The translations under genes were made by a program, and so were the position numbers. Below, in pieces: positions 1-12,102 of a stretch of DNA of 64,000 nucleotides (positions are counted from its first letter, which is position 1; each line of letters starts with the position of its first letter). The DNA is taken from positions 217,868,001 through 217,932,000 of the forward strand of contig NC_091985.1 in NCBI RefSeq assembly GCF_044704955.1, given 5' to 3'. A model generated the notes under the pieces. It did not search any database. It worked only from the letters and a program-made list of their open reading frames with translations, and had not been told where the DNA came from. Source of the stretch: Pristiophorus japonicus (Eukaryota).

Positions 1-312
1 GAACTAGGGGGCATAATCTTAGAATAAGGGGCCACCCATTTAAAACTGAGATGAGGAGAAATTTCTTCTCTCAGATTGTTGTAAATCTGTGGAATTCACT
101 GCCTCAGAGAGCTGTGAAAGCTGGGACATTGAATAAATTTAAAACAGAGATAGACAGTTTCTTAACCGAGAAGGGAATAGGGGGTTATGGGGAGCAGGCA
201 GTGAAGTGGACTTGAGTCCATGATCAGATCAGCCATGATCGTATTAAATGGCGGAGCAGGCTCGAGGGGCCGTATGGCCATACTTTTGCTCCTATTTCTT
301 ATGTTCTTATGT
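1..312 (+). mobile_element. CR1-clade LINE 3' end fragment
   Basis: ORF2 C-terminal RNFFSQxVVNLWNSLP motif, then the CR1 3' UTR ending in ttcttatg repeats; same sequence recurs throughout the window. Confidence 0.85.
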
Positions 313-316
313 AAAT

Positions 317-825
317 TTGAGGTCATCCAAAACTTGGCACCCCATGTCCTAACTTGCACCAAGTCCTGATCACCCATCATCCCTGTGCTCGCTGACCTAC
401 ATTGGCTCCCAGTTATGCAACGCCTCGATTTCAAAATTCTCATAATTGTTTTCAAATCCCTCCATGGCCTTGCCCCTCCCTGTCTCTGTAATCTCTTTCA
501 GCCTCACAATGCCACGTGATGTCTGTGTTCCTCAAAATTAGCCCTCTTGAGCATTCCTGATTAAAACTGTTCAACATCGGTGGCTATGCCTTCAGCTGCC
601 TGGGCCCCGAGCTCTGGAACTCCCTCCCTAAGCCTCTCCGCCTCTTTCCTACTTTCAGACCCTCTTTAAAACCTACCTCTTTGACCCAGCCTTTGGTCAC
701 CTGCAGCAATTTGTTCTTTTGTGGCTCGGTGTTAAATGTATGTGTTGTGTCCTGTAACACTGCTGTGAAGCGCCTTGGGACGTTTTACTACGTTAAAGGC
801 GCTCTATAAAGAAAAGTTATTAATA
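317..825 (+). mobile_element. L2-clade LINE 3' fragment
   Basis: Encodes LHWLPVxQRLDFKIL at about 398-441; L2-type tail tgtgaagcgccttggga...aaaggcgctctataaa. Confidence 0.7.
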
Positions 826-859
826 ATACTGCAGGAGTGAAGGATTGAGTGACCTAAGA

Positions 860-1275
860 ATCCGGCGCAGGCGCAATACGAACAACGACGTCACAAGCGA
901 TGTGGGCAGGGCTGTGACATCCCCCGCCTGGCGCGCGGTGAGGCGGTTGAACGGTTTTCAAATCAGGAGCCACGTGACTCCCGAGCTGCCCTGAGTTCCT
1001 TCAACACAGTGGGCAGGGCTCCTTGGCGCTGCCGGCTCCTATTGGTGGGAGTGGCTGGCAATCTGCTGCGTGCAGCCAATAGACTGTCGGGACTATGCAC
1101 CGAACGCGCTCTGTGGCGGCAGTGCGCATTCTCGGTACCGCCCTCCCCACCCTCAGTCCCCGGATGCCGCGCAGTTTGCTGCAACCAACGGTTGGATAAT
1201 GTGAGGAACCGGGGGCCGCAGGGAACCGGACTGATGGTGGGCGGCTGGGGCCGGGGCAGAGCGGGCGCGGTGAGT
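860..1275 (+). promoter_or_regulatory. CpG-rich promoter with putative non-coding first exon
   Basis: NRF1-like GCGCAGGCGCA 865-875, GACGTCA 887-893, CACGTG 971-976, CCAAT boxes at 1041 and 1076, splice donor GTGAGT 1270-1275. Confidence 0.55.
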
Positions 1276-1355
1276 CTGTGAGGGAAAACACCGGACTGAA
1301 CACACAGCCCTGCAGCTCAGTGTTTGGGGACATGCGGGAGATAGACTGAAACTTC

Positions 1356-1780
1356 CAGTGAGATCAGACAGTGTGTAACCCGGGGGCCCAGTGAGATCAG
1401 ACAGTGTGTAACCTGGGGGCCCAGTGAGATCAGACACTGTGTAACCCGGGGGCCCAGTGAGATCAGACAGTGTGTAACCCGGGGGCCCGGTGAGATCAGA
1501 CAGTGTGTAACCCGGGGGCCCAGTGAGATCAGACAGTGTGTAACCTGGGGGCCCAGTGAGATCAGACAGTGTGTAACCCGGGGGCCCGGTGAGATCAGAC
1601 AGTGTGTAACCCGGGGGCCCAGTGAGATCAGACAGTGTGTAACCCGGGGGCCCAGTGAGATCAGACAGTGTGTAACCCGGGGGCCCAGTGAGATCAGACA
1701 GTGTGTAACCCGGGGGCCCAGTGAGATCAGACAGTGTGTAACCCGGGGGCCCGGTGAGATCAGACAGTGTGTAACCCGGG
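1356..1780. repeat. 33-bp minisatellite, about 13 near-identical copies
   Basis: Unit cagtgagatcagacagtgtgtaacccgggggcc; 11-aa periodicity in the overlapping ORFs. Confidence 0.95.
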
Positions 1781-2689
1781 GAGAATTCTGGTGATTTTCT
1801 GTAAGTCCAAATGGGCGGGACAGGAATCTTGAGGAAAAGGATAAAATCAAACAGAAATACTGGACATAGACTTTTCTGAAACATTGGAAAAACACTTTAC
1901 ACTACATTCCACTTCACAACATTAATATTCTTCTAATTTTCTGCCCTGCCATAATTAGATCTCCCGGTGAATGGCGGAGTGATTGAGAAAGTTCCACAGC
2001 TGGAAGGAAACAGGGATTGTGGACTGAGGAACAACAGCAGGTGAACCAGCACAGGATTGTGAGAGCACCAACCAGGGAGCCCTTTCCGATTGAAAGCGCT
2101 TCAATAGATCGACTGGGGAGAAAGGTAAGAGAAAGTGCCATTTACTGTCCTGTAGACAGTACACACAGGTTACAAGGTAAGACAGGAAATGAGACTGGGA
2201 GAGTCTGACCACCGAGCACAATTATCCAGCATGAGGCCGTGCAATGGGATGTGAAGTGAGATCACTTTCTGTCTCTGAACACAGTCACAGTGAATCTTGT
2301 GTGTGTTTTAGAGTAAAGGGTTTTGATCTAAGAGGTGACTCCAGTTTGAGGCAGAGCCCAGCAGATGGACCCGTCTCTGTACATTCGGTGGGGCTGAACT
2401 TACACCGACACCATCAGATCTCAATGTTCAAATATTTCCCATCTGGTGAGAAAGCCAATGGAAAGATTGAACCGGAAGCACGTCGTCAATTCACTGATCA
2501 TGATGCACAGACCAATCTGAAATACCAGCACGGCCTATCACTGACAGAATCAATTATTCATTCATGAACATTTAGAATTATAAGAAAATATATTGATAAC
2601 TACTAATATTGAAGCATTTCCGATTAATCGATCACTAGAGATATGTAGTTTTCTAATATACTGAAACAGAGATACGGAGAGTTGCAATT

Positions 2690-3680
2690 TATTTATTGGC
2701 GTCGTACTTGACCCCAAGATGAGCTTCTGAACCCATATTCCCTCAATCACCGAGTACGCTTACTTCCAGCTCCATAACATCGCCGGTCTCTGCCCCTTCC
2801 TCATCCATGCCTCTGTTACCACGACATTGGACTATTCCAATGCTCTCCTGATCGGCATCACACCACGCACTCTCCGTAAACTTAATCTTATCAAAAACAC
2901 TCCTGCCCGTATCCTTACTCAGGAACACAAGAAATAGCAGACGTAGGCCATACGACCCCTCCCATCTACTCTGCCATATAGTAAGATCTATATTCAATAG
3001 AGAATTTCAAAGATTCACAACTCTAAGTGAAGAAATATCTTCTCATCTCAGTCTTAAATAGGCGATCTCATCCTAATACTAGGATCGATCCCTAGTTCAA
3101 GACTATTCAGCCCTTGTGAATTCTTCTAAGAATTCTATGTTTCAATGATATCACATTCCATTCTTCTAAACTCCAGAGAATATAGGCCTATTCTACTCAA
3201 TCTGTCCTCAGCCCTCTCATCCAAATTGTATCAATTTCCCTTCACCCATCACCCCTGAGCTCGCTGAACTACATTGGCTCCTGCTCCATCAGTGCCTCAA
3301 TTTCAAAATTCTTATCCTTGTTTTGACATCCGACCAGGACCTTGTCCCTCCCTATTGCTGTAACCTCCTCCAACCCTTCAACCCTACAACCCTCAGAGAT
3401 CTTTCCATTCCTCCAATTCTGGCCTCTTGAGCAGCCCCAATTTTCATCCCTCCAATATTGGTGGCCATACCTTCAGCTGCTGAGGCCATAAGCTCTGGAA
3501 TTCCCTCCCTAAACCTCTCTATAATATTCCTTTAATATCTACCCTTTTGAACAAGCTTTTAGTCACTTGTGCTAATATTTCCTTACGTGACTGGATGTCA
3601 AATTTTGTTTGATAATGGTCCTGTGAATTGCCTTGGGACATTTTTCTACTTTTAAGGTACGATATTAATGCAATTTGTTG
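2690..3680 (+). mobile_element. Degenerate L2 fragment interrupted by a minus-strand CR1 tail (about 2925-3210)
   Basis: LDYSNALL and LHWL motifs; similar to 317-825; internal reverse-complement CR1 3' UTR. Confidence 0.6.
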
Positions 3681-3712
3681 CTGATAACTGAAGATATTTC
3701 GAATTGTAATGA

Positions 3713-3805
3713 CTCTCACTAGGGTACAGTTTCCTCTGGCACCGACTCTCACTGGGGTACAGTTTCGTCTGGCACCGACTCACTGGGGTACAGTTCCTCT
3801 GACAC
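3713..3805. repeat. Short tandem repeat, about 3 copies of ~32 bp
   Basis: ctcactggggtacagtttcctctggcaccga repeated. Confidence 0.8.
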
Positions 3806-4659
3806 AGATTTACTGTGTATCTAATTCGTGCTGTCCCTGCCCTGGGACAGTTTAAAGGGAGCTTTAACCTGAAACTGATCAGGAGCTGCGGGTGGAAAGT
3901 TTTCAGTGCAGTGATAGATCGTACTGCTGCTGAATTTTAGTTGATAAGCTGCCCAGTGCACTTGGGGTGGACACTGAAGTTCGTCCAGTGGCAGTGTAGA
4001 GGGAACTTTACTCTGTATCCAACCCATACTCCACCTAGTCTCTGGGAATTTAATGTGAATTTGAAAGCAACTGCGAGAAATTTATTCTGCAGTTTGGGGT
4101 GTCTAGGACGAGGGGACATAACCTTAAAATCAGAGCCAGGCCATTCAAGAGAGATGTTAGGAAACATTTCTTCACTCAATGGATGGTTGAAGTGTGGAAC
4201 TTCCCACAATAAGCAATCGATGTTCGCCCATTGAATAACTTTAGGCCGGTTGTGATTTCTGCCCAATGACCCGTTGCTTGTTCCCTTGGATTGGATCTTT
4301 ATTTATTCCCTTTGGTTTGTTTTCAGTTTCATTCTGGACCCAGCACTCAAAGCACTTTGTCTGATCTGCCCCTGGGAATGAGCAGACTCCTCCCTCATCT
4401 CCCACACTGCACCGTCTCCTTCTCTTTCCCCCTTGGTTGTGTTCCACATTCTGGGCCCTGGCCCTTCCCCGGGGATTCTCAGTATGAACAGCGGGATGTG
4501 TGTTGAGACAGGATGTCCCAGCTCTCCACCTTTAAATGGCCCTGCTTTATGACATCACTGCAGTGCTTTATGACATCACTGCAGTGCCTAGTGACTAACC
4601 TCACTGACCCCAGCTCATTATGGGCTGGCAGTGTCTGATGGGACAGTGTAGAGGGAGAA

Positions 4660-4757
4660 AGACTTGGATTTATTTGGTGCATTTCACGACCACCGGACCT
4701 CTCAAAGTGCTTTACAGCCAATGAAGTACTTTTGGATTGTAGTCACTGTTGTAATAA
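4660..4757 (-). mobile_element. SINE 3' tail (DeuSINE/L2-type)
   Basis: Reverse complement resembles the tail at 52940-53040 (aaaagtacttcattgg...gtggtcgtgaaa). Confidence 0.55.
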
Positions 4758-4759
4758 GG

Positions 4760-5450
4760 GAGATTTACTCTGCATCTGACCCATGCTGTACTTGCCCTGG
4801 GAGTGTTTGATGGGATAATGTCGATGGAGTTTTACTCTGTATCTGACCTGTGCTTTACCTGTCCTGCAAGTATTTGATGGCTCAGTGCAGAGGGGACTTT
4901 ACTTTGTATCTAACCCATGCTGTACCTGCCCTGGGTGTGTTTGATGGGACGGTGTAGAGGGAGCTTTACGCTGTATCTAACCCATGCTGTACCTTCCCTG
5001 CGAGTGTTTGTTGGGATAGTGTAGAGGAAGATTTCCTCTTTATCTATCCCGTGCTGTACTTGCCCCTGGGACTGTTTGATGGGACAATGGATAGGGAGCT
5101 TTACTCTGTATCTAACCTATGCTGTACCTGCCCTGGGAGTGTTTGTTGGGTCAGTGTAGATGGAGCTTTACTCTGTATCTAACCAGTACCGTACCTGCCC
5201 TGGGAGTTTTTGACGGGACAATGTAAAGGGAGCTTTACGCGGTATCTAACCCATGTTGTACCTGTTTAGGCAGAGTTTGACGGGACAGTTTAGAGGGAGA
5301 TTTACACTGTATCTAACCCTTGCTCTACCTGCCCTGAGAGTGTTTGATGGAACAGTTTGGAGGGAGCTTTTCTCTGTAACTAACCCGTGCTGTACCTGCT
5401 CTGGGAGTGTTTGATGGGATAATGTAGACGGAGATTTACTGTGTATCTAA
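4760..5450. repeat. 67-bp satellite, about 10 diverged copies; further copies near 3810, 3990, 4630 and 6360-6525
   Basis: Unit ctctgtatctaacccatgctgtacctgccctgggagtgtttgatgggacagtgtagagggagcttta; 67-nt spacing of ctgtatct. Confidence 0.9.
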
Positions 5451-5454
5451 ACTG

Positions 5455-6358
5455 CTAACCTCGCAAGTTGTGATGAGGACTCTAATAATCTACAAAGGGA
5501 TATAGATAGGCTCAGTGAGTGGCCAATACTTTGGCAGATGGAGTATAATGTGGGAAAATGTGAGCTTATTCACTTTGGTAGGAGAAATAAAAAAGCAAAT
5601 TATTATTTAAATGGGGAGAGAATACAAAATGCCGTGTACAGCGGGATCTGGGGATCCTTGTACATGAAACACAAGAATTTAGCATGCAGTTACAGCAATT
5701 AATTAGGAAGGCAAATGGAATGGTGGCCTTTATTGCAAGGGGGATGGAATATAAAATTAGGTAAGTCCTGCTGCAAATGTACATGGCATTGGTAAGACCA
5801 CACCTGGAGTACTACGTACAGTTTTGGTCTCCTTATTTCAGGAAGGATATACTTGCACTGGAGGCAGTTCAGAGAAGGTTCACGAGGTTCATTGCTGAGC
5901 TGAAGGGGTTGTCATAATGAGAAAGATTGAGCAGGTTGGGCCTGTACGCATTGGAGTTTAGAAGACTTAGAGGTGATCTTATTGAAACGTATAAGATTCT
6001 GAGGGGGCTTGACAGGGTAGATACAGAGAGGATGTTTCCCCACGTGGGGGAATCTAACACTGGGGGGCATAGTTTCAGAATAAGTGCTCGCTCATTTAAA
6101 AGGGAAATCAGGAGCAATTTCTTGTCTGAGGGACGTGAATCTTTGGAATTCGCTACCTCAGAGAGCTGTGGGGGCTGGGTCATTGAATGTATTTAAGGTG
6201 GGGATAGACAGATTTTTGAACGATAAGGGAGTCAAGGGTTATGGGGAGTGGGCGGGGAAGTGGAGTTGAGGCCTGGATCTGATCAGCCATGATCTTATTG
6301 AATGGCGGAGCAGGCTCGAGGGGTCAAATGGTCTACTCTGCTCCTATTTCTTATGTTC
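5455..6358 (+). mobile_element. 5'-truncated CR1 LINE inserted into the 67-bp satellite
   Basis: WQMEYNVGKC, LEFRRLRGDLIETYKI motifs and CR1 3' UTR. Confidence 0.9.
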
Positions 6359-8547
6359 CATACCTGCCCTTGGAGTGTTTGATGGGACAGTGTAGAGGGA
6401 GATTTGCTCTGTACTTAATACTTGCTGTACCTGCCCTTGGAGTCTCTAATGAGACAGTGTAGTTGGAGGTTTACTCTGTATCTAACCCATGCTGCACCTG
6501 CCCTGGGAGCGATTCGTTAGACAGTACATAAGAAATAGGAACAGGAGTAGGCCATACGGCCCCTCGAGCCTGCTCCGCCATTCAATAAGATTATGGCTGA
6601 TCTGATCATGGACTCAGCTCCACTTCCCCGCCTACTCCCCATAACCCCTTATCCTCTTATCGTTTAAGAAACTGTTAATTTCTGTCTTAAATTTATTCAC
6701 TGTCCCAGCTTCCACAGCTCTCTGAGGCAGCGAATTCCACAGATTTACAACCCTCAGAGAACAAATTTCTCCTAATCTCCTTTTTAAATGGGCGGCCCCT
6801 TATTCTAAGATCATGACCTCTAGTTCTAGTCTCCCCCATCAGTGGAAACATCCTCTCTGCATCCACCTTGTCGAGCCCCCTCAAAGTCTTATACGTTTCG
6901 ATAAGATCGCCTCTCATTCTTCTGAACTCCAATGAGTAGAGGCCCAACCTACTCAACCTTTCGTCATAAGTCAACCCTCCCTCATCCCCGGAATCAACCT
7001 TCTCTGAACTGCCTCCAAAGCAAGTATATCCTTTCGTAAATATGGAAACCAAAACTGCACACAGTATTCCAGTTGTGGCCTCACCAATACCTTGTATAGC
7101 TGTAGCAAGACTTACCTGCTTTTATACTCCATCCCCTTTGCAATAAAGGCCAAGATACCATTGGCCTTCCTGATCACTTGCTGTACCTGCATACTACCCT
7201 TTTGTGTTTAATGCACAAGTATCCCCAGGTCCCGCTGTACTGCGGCACTTGGCAATCTTTCTCTATTTAAATAATAACTTGCTCTTTGATTTTTTTTCTG
7301 CCAAAGTGCATGACCTCACACTTTCCAACATTATACTCCATCTGCCAAATTTTTGCCCACTCACTTTGCCTGTCTATATCCTTCTCAGATTTTTTTGTGT
7401 CCTCCTCACACGTTGCTTTTCCTCCCATCTTTGTATCGTCAGCAAACTTGGCTACATTACACTTGATCCCTTCCTCCAAGTCGTTAATATAAATTGTAAA
7501 TAGTTGGGGTCACAGCACTGATCCCTGCGGCACCCCACTAGTTACTGGTTGCCAACCAGAGAATGAACAATTTATCCTGACTCTGTTCTGTTAGTTAGCC
7601 AATCCTCTATCCATGCTAATATATTACCCCCAACACCGTGAACTTTTATCTTGACACTTTTACGTGACACCTTGTCAAATGCCTTCTGGAAGTCCAAATA
7701 CACCACATCCACTGGTTCCCCTTTATCCACCCTGTTCCTTACATCCTCAAAGAACTCCAGCAAATTTGTCACACATGACTTCCCCTTCATAAATCCATGC
7801 TGATTCTGCCTGACCAATTTTGCTCATCCAAATGAACTGCTACTGCTTCTTTAATAATGGACTCCAAAATTTTCCCAACCACAGATGTTAGGCTAACTGG
7901 TCTATAGTTTCCTGCTTTTTGTCTGCTTCCTTTTTCAAATAGGGGTGTTACATTTGCAGTTTTTCAATCTGCTGGGACCTCCCCAGAATCCAGGGAATTT
8001 TGATAAATTACAACCAATGCATCCACAATCCCTGCCGCTACTTCTCTTAAGACCCACAGATGCAAGCCTTCAGGTCCAGGGAATTTATCTGCCTTTAGTC
8101 CCATTATCTTACTGATTACCACCTTCTTAGTGATTGTGATTGTGTTAAGTTCCTCCCCCCATATAGCCCCTTGACTATCTACTGTTGGAATATTGTTAGT
8201 GTCCTCTATCGTAAAGACTGATAGAAAATATCTGTTCAGAGTTTCTGCCATCTCCATGTTCCCCATTACTAATTCCCCGGTCTCGTCCTCTAAGGCACCA
8301 ACATTTACTTTAGCCACTCTTTTCCTTTTTATATTCCAATAGAGACTGTTTTTATAGTTTGTGCTAGTTTACTTTCATGGTCTATCTTCCCTTTCTTAAT
8401 CATTTTTTTAGTCATTCTTTGCTGACTTTTAAAAGCTTCCCAATCTTCTGTCCTCCCACTAGTTTCAGTTACTTTGTATGCCCTTGTTTTTAATTGAATA
8501 TCATCCTTTATTTCTTTAGTTAGCCACGGATGGCTATCTTCTTTTAC

Positions 8548-9058
8548 ACTTGCTATTGAGGGAGTGCAGCGAAGGTTCACCAGACTGATTACCGGGATGG
8601 TAGGACGAAAGACATATGACAAAAGACTGTATCGACTAGGCTTATATTCACTGGAATTTAGAAGAATGAGAGGGGATCTCATTGAAGCAAATACAATTCT
8701 GACGATTGGATAGGTTAGATGCAGGAAGAATGTTCCCGATGTTGGAGAAGTCCAGAACCAGGGGTCACAGTCTTCAGGATAAGGGGTAAGCCATTTAGGA
8801 CCGAGATGAGGCGAAACTTCTTCACTCAGAGAGTTGTTAACCTGTGGAATTCCCGACCGCAAAGAGTTGTTGATTCCAGTTCATTGGATATGTTCAAGAG
8901 GGAGTTAGATATGGCCCTTACGGCTAAAGGGATCAAGGGGTATGGAGAGAAAGCAGGAAAGGGGTACTGAGGGAATGATCAGCCATGATCTTATTGAATG
9001 GTAGTGCAGGCTCGAAGGGCCGAATGGTCTACTCCAGCACCTATTTTCTATGTTTCTG
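8548..9058 (+). mobile_element. CR1 3' fragment (second subfamily) nested in the minus-strand CR1
   Basis: RGKPFRTEMRRNFFTQRVVNLW and ttctatgt tail. Confidence 0.85.
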
Positions 9059-9423
9059 TGTCACTTATCAGCCCCAGCCTGAATGTTGTCCAGGTCTTGC
9101 TGTAAGCGGGCATGGACTGCTCCATTATCTGAGGAGTTGCGAATGAAACTGAATACTGTGCAGTCATCAGCGAACATCCCTAGTTCTGCTTTCATAGCTT
9201 TGCAGTCGCCTTTATTTAGAATCAGGACACTGGTTTGAGATCTGACTTTCTCACTCTCCAACTGAATTTGAAATTCAACCATGTTATGTTCACTTTTTCC
9301 CAGAGGATCCTTTACTATGAGATCATTTATTAATCTTGTCTCATTACACAATACCAGATCTAAGATAGCCTGCTCCCTGGTTGGTTCTGCAACGTACTGT
9401 TCAAGGAGACCATCCCAGATACA

Positions 9424-10466
9424 GGGCCCAAGTTTCCACACGATAAAAAACGGGCGCCCCTCCGAGCTGGGCGCCCGTTTTTCGCGCCTAAAACGGCGCC
9501 TAAAAAAAAAAATTGCGATTCTGGAGCGCTTTGCAGCTCCTTGTCTGTTTGGCGTGGCGCCCAGGGGGGCGGAGCCTATACTCGCGCCGATTTTGTAAGT
9601 GGGAGGGGGCGGGTACTATTTAAATTAGTTCTTTTCCTGCCAGCAACGCTGCTCATGCGCGTTGGAGCGTTCGCGCACGCGCAGTGTGAAAAAAACATTG
9701 GCACTCGGCCATTTTTGTAGTTCTTTGTAGCTGTTTAATTTTTGAACATTTTTTTAATAAAAGCACATTGCCATCAGCACTTGCAGCCTTTTCACTGTCT
9801 TCCCCCCCCCCCCCCCCGGCGGGAAAGAACGGGTGCCTCCTCTCTTCCCCCCCCCCCCCCCCACTTGCGGGAAGAACGGGCGCCCCCCCCCCCCCCCCCC
9901 GGAACAGGCGCCTCCTCCCTCCCCCCCCCCCCCCCCCGAAGAACGGGCGCCTCCTCCTCCCCCCCCCCCCCCCCGCCACGGGAAGAACGGGCGCCTCAGG
10001 CTGACTGCAGCATTCTCCAGAAGCACTTTCACATAGGTAGGAAGATGGTTTATTTAATCTTTTCTTTGCTTATTGCTTATAAATGTTTATTCAGGTTGGA
10101 TTTATTTGTAGAAGTATAAATAAGGATTTATTGTAGAATTTAATGACTTCGCTTCCTCCCCCCCCACCTCGTTCTAGACGCCTAATTTGTAACCTGCGCC
10201 TGATTTTTTTAATGTGTAGAACAGGTTTTTTCAGTTCTACAAAAATCTTCACTTGCTCCATTCTAACTTAGTTTGGAGTACGTTTTCACTGTGGAAACTT
10301 TGAAATCAGGCGTCAGTGGCCGGACACGCCCCCTTTTGCAGAAAAAATTCTGTTCCAAAGTAGAACTGTTCTACCTGACTAGAACTGCAGAAAAAAAAAT
10401 GTGGAGAATTGCGATTTCTAAGATAGTCCGTTCTCCACCAGTTGCTCCTAAAAGAAACTTGGGCCA
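9424..10466. mobile_element. Non-autonomous TIR element (PIF/Harbinger-like MITE)
   Basis: TIRs GGCCCAAGTTTC 9425-9436 and GAAACTTGGGCC 10454-10465; flanks ACA/ATA; host CR1 rejoins when it is removed; no transposase ORF. Confidence 0.7.
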
Positions 10467-12102
10467 ATACTCTTATAAACTCTTCCTCAAGTCTACCTTG
10501 GCCAATTTGATTTGTCTAATCAATATGAAGCTTAAAATCGCCAGTGATTATTGCCGTACCTTTCTTACAAGCCTCCATTGTTTCTTGATTTATACTCCAT
10601 CCAACAGTGTAGCTACTGTTAGGGAGCCTATAGACTACGCCCACCAGTGACTTCTTACCCTTATTATTTATTATCTATACCCAAATTGATTCTACATCTT
10701 GATCTTCTGAACCCAAATAATTTCTCACCACTGCACTGATCCCATCGTTTATTAACAGAACTACCCCACCTTTTCCTTTCTGTCTTATCCTTCTGAATTG
10801 TTAAATACCCCTGAATATTTAGTTCCCAGCCTTGGTCACCTTGCAACCTCGTCTCTGTAATGGCTATCAGATCATACCTATTTGTATCTATTTGTGCCGT
10901 CAACTCATCTATCTTGTTACGAATGCTGCGTGCATTCAGATAAAGAACTTTTAATTTTGACTTTTTACCATTTTCCCCTGCTTTGACCCTACTTTCTGTT
11001 ACACTCTTATTTTTATACATTGTCTTTTCCTGTCACAGTCTGATTCTCATTTCCCACAGTGCTACCCTGCTCTATTGCCTTCTCCTTGCTCTTTGACTTT
11101 TTAAATTTCCTCTCACCTGAACCCTCCCCCCCCCCCCCCATCCACCGCTCCCCCCCCGACCTATTTAGTTTAAAGCCCTCTTTACAGCCCTAGTTATTCG
11201 CTTCGCCAGGACATTAGCACCAGCCTGGTTCAAGTGAAGCCCATCCCAACGGAACAGCTCCCTCTTGCCCCGGTACTGGTGCCAGTGCCCCATGAATCGA
11301 AACTCATTTTTCCCACACCAGTCTTTGAGCCACGTGTTCATCTCTCTGATCTTATTTACCCTATGCACATTTGCACGTGGCTCAGGTAGTAATCCAGAGA
11401 TTATTGCCTTCATGGTTCTGCTTTTTAATTTAGCCCCTAGCTACTCAAATTCCCTCAGCAGAACCTCTTTCTTTGTTCTACCTATGTCATTAGTACCTAC
11501 GTGGCCCACGACAACTGGATCTTCCCCCTCCCACTCCAAGTTCCTCTCCAGCCCAGAGGCGATGTCCTGAACCTTGGCACGTCGCAGGCATCACAGCCTT
11601 CGGGACTCACGCTCTCGGCTGCAGAGAACAGTATATATCTCCGAAACTATACTCTTTCCTATCACTACAACATTTCTTTTTACTCCCCCCACTTGAATGT
11701 CCTCCTGTACCACGGCGCTGTGGTCAGTTTGCTCATCCTCCCTGCAGTCCCTGCCCTCGTCCAAGCAGGGAGCACGAATCTCGTACCTGTTGGACAATTG
11801 CAAGAGCTGAAGCTCCTCCATCGCTACCTCCAGGGTCCCCACAGCTGCCTCGCTCATAGTCACACCCTCCTGTCCCTAACCATGGACCAAATTTGAATTA
11901 ATTAATCTAAGGGGTGTGACTGCCTCCTGGAACACAGCGTCCAGGTAACTCTCCCCCTCCCTGATGTGTCGCAGTGTCTGCAGCTCGGACTCCAGCTCAT
12001 CAACGCGGAGCTGAAGTTCCTCGAGAAACCAACATTTACTGCAGATGTGGTCGCCGTGGACCTCAATGGGGTCAACCAGCTCCCACCTGCAGCAGCAGTA
12101 AC

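Larger units (their letters stand above)
6526..12100 (-). mobile_element. Near full-length degenerate CR1 (ORF1 esterase, ORF2 APE+RT) carrying nested insertions
   Basis: Minus-strand fragments in order: SGLLP...WDGLHL (SGNH esterase), YLNARSIRNK (APE), QHGF..KSC..NLLEF, KFADDTK, 3' UTR at 6526. Confidence 0.9.

Noticed and set aside
1356-1780. 33-bp array as a CRISPR or as a repeat protein (ORFs 1153-1884, 1317-1895)
   Set aside because: No unique spacers, eukaryotic context; ORFs are open only because the unit is a stop-free multiple of 3
9653-10119. Proline/glycine-rich ORFs resembling formin or extensin
   Set aside because: By-products of poly-C tracts inside the TIR element
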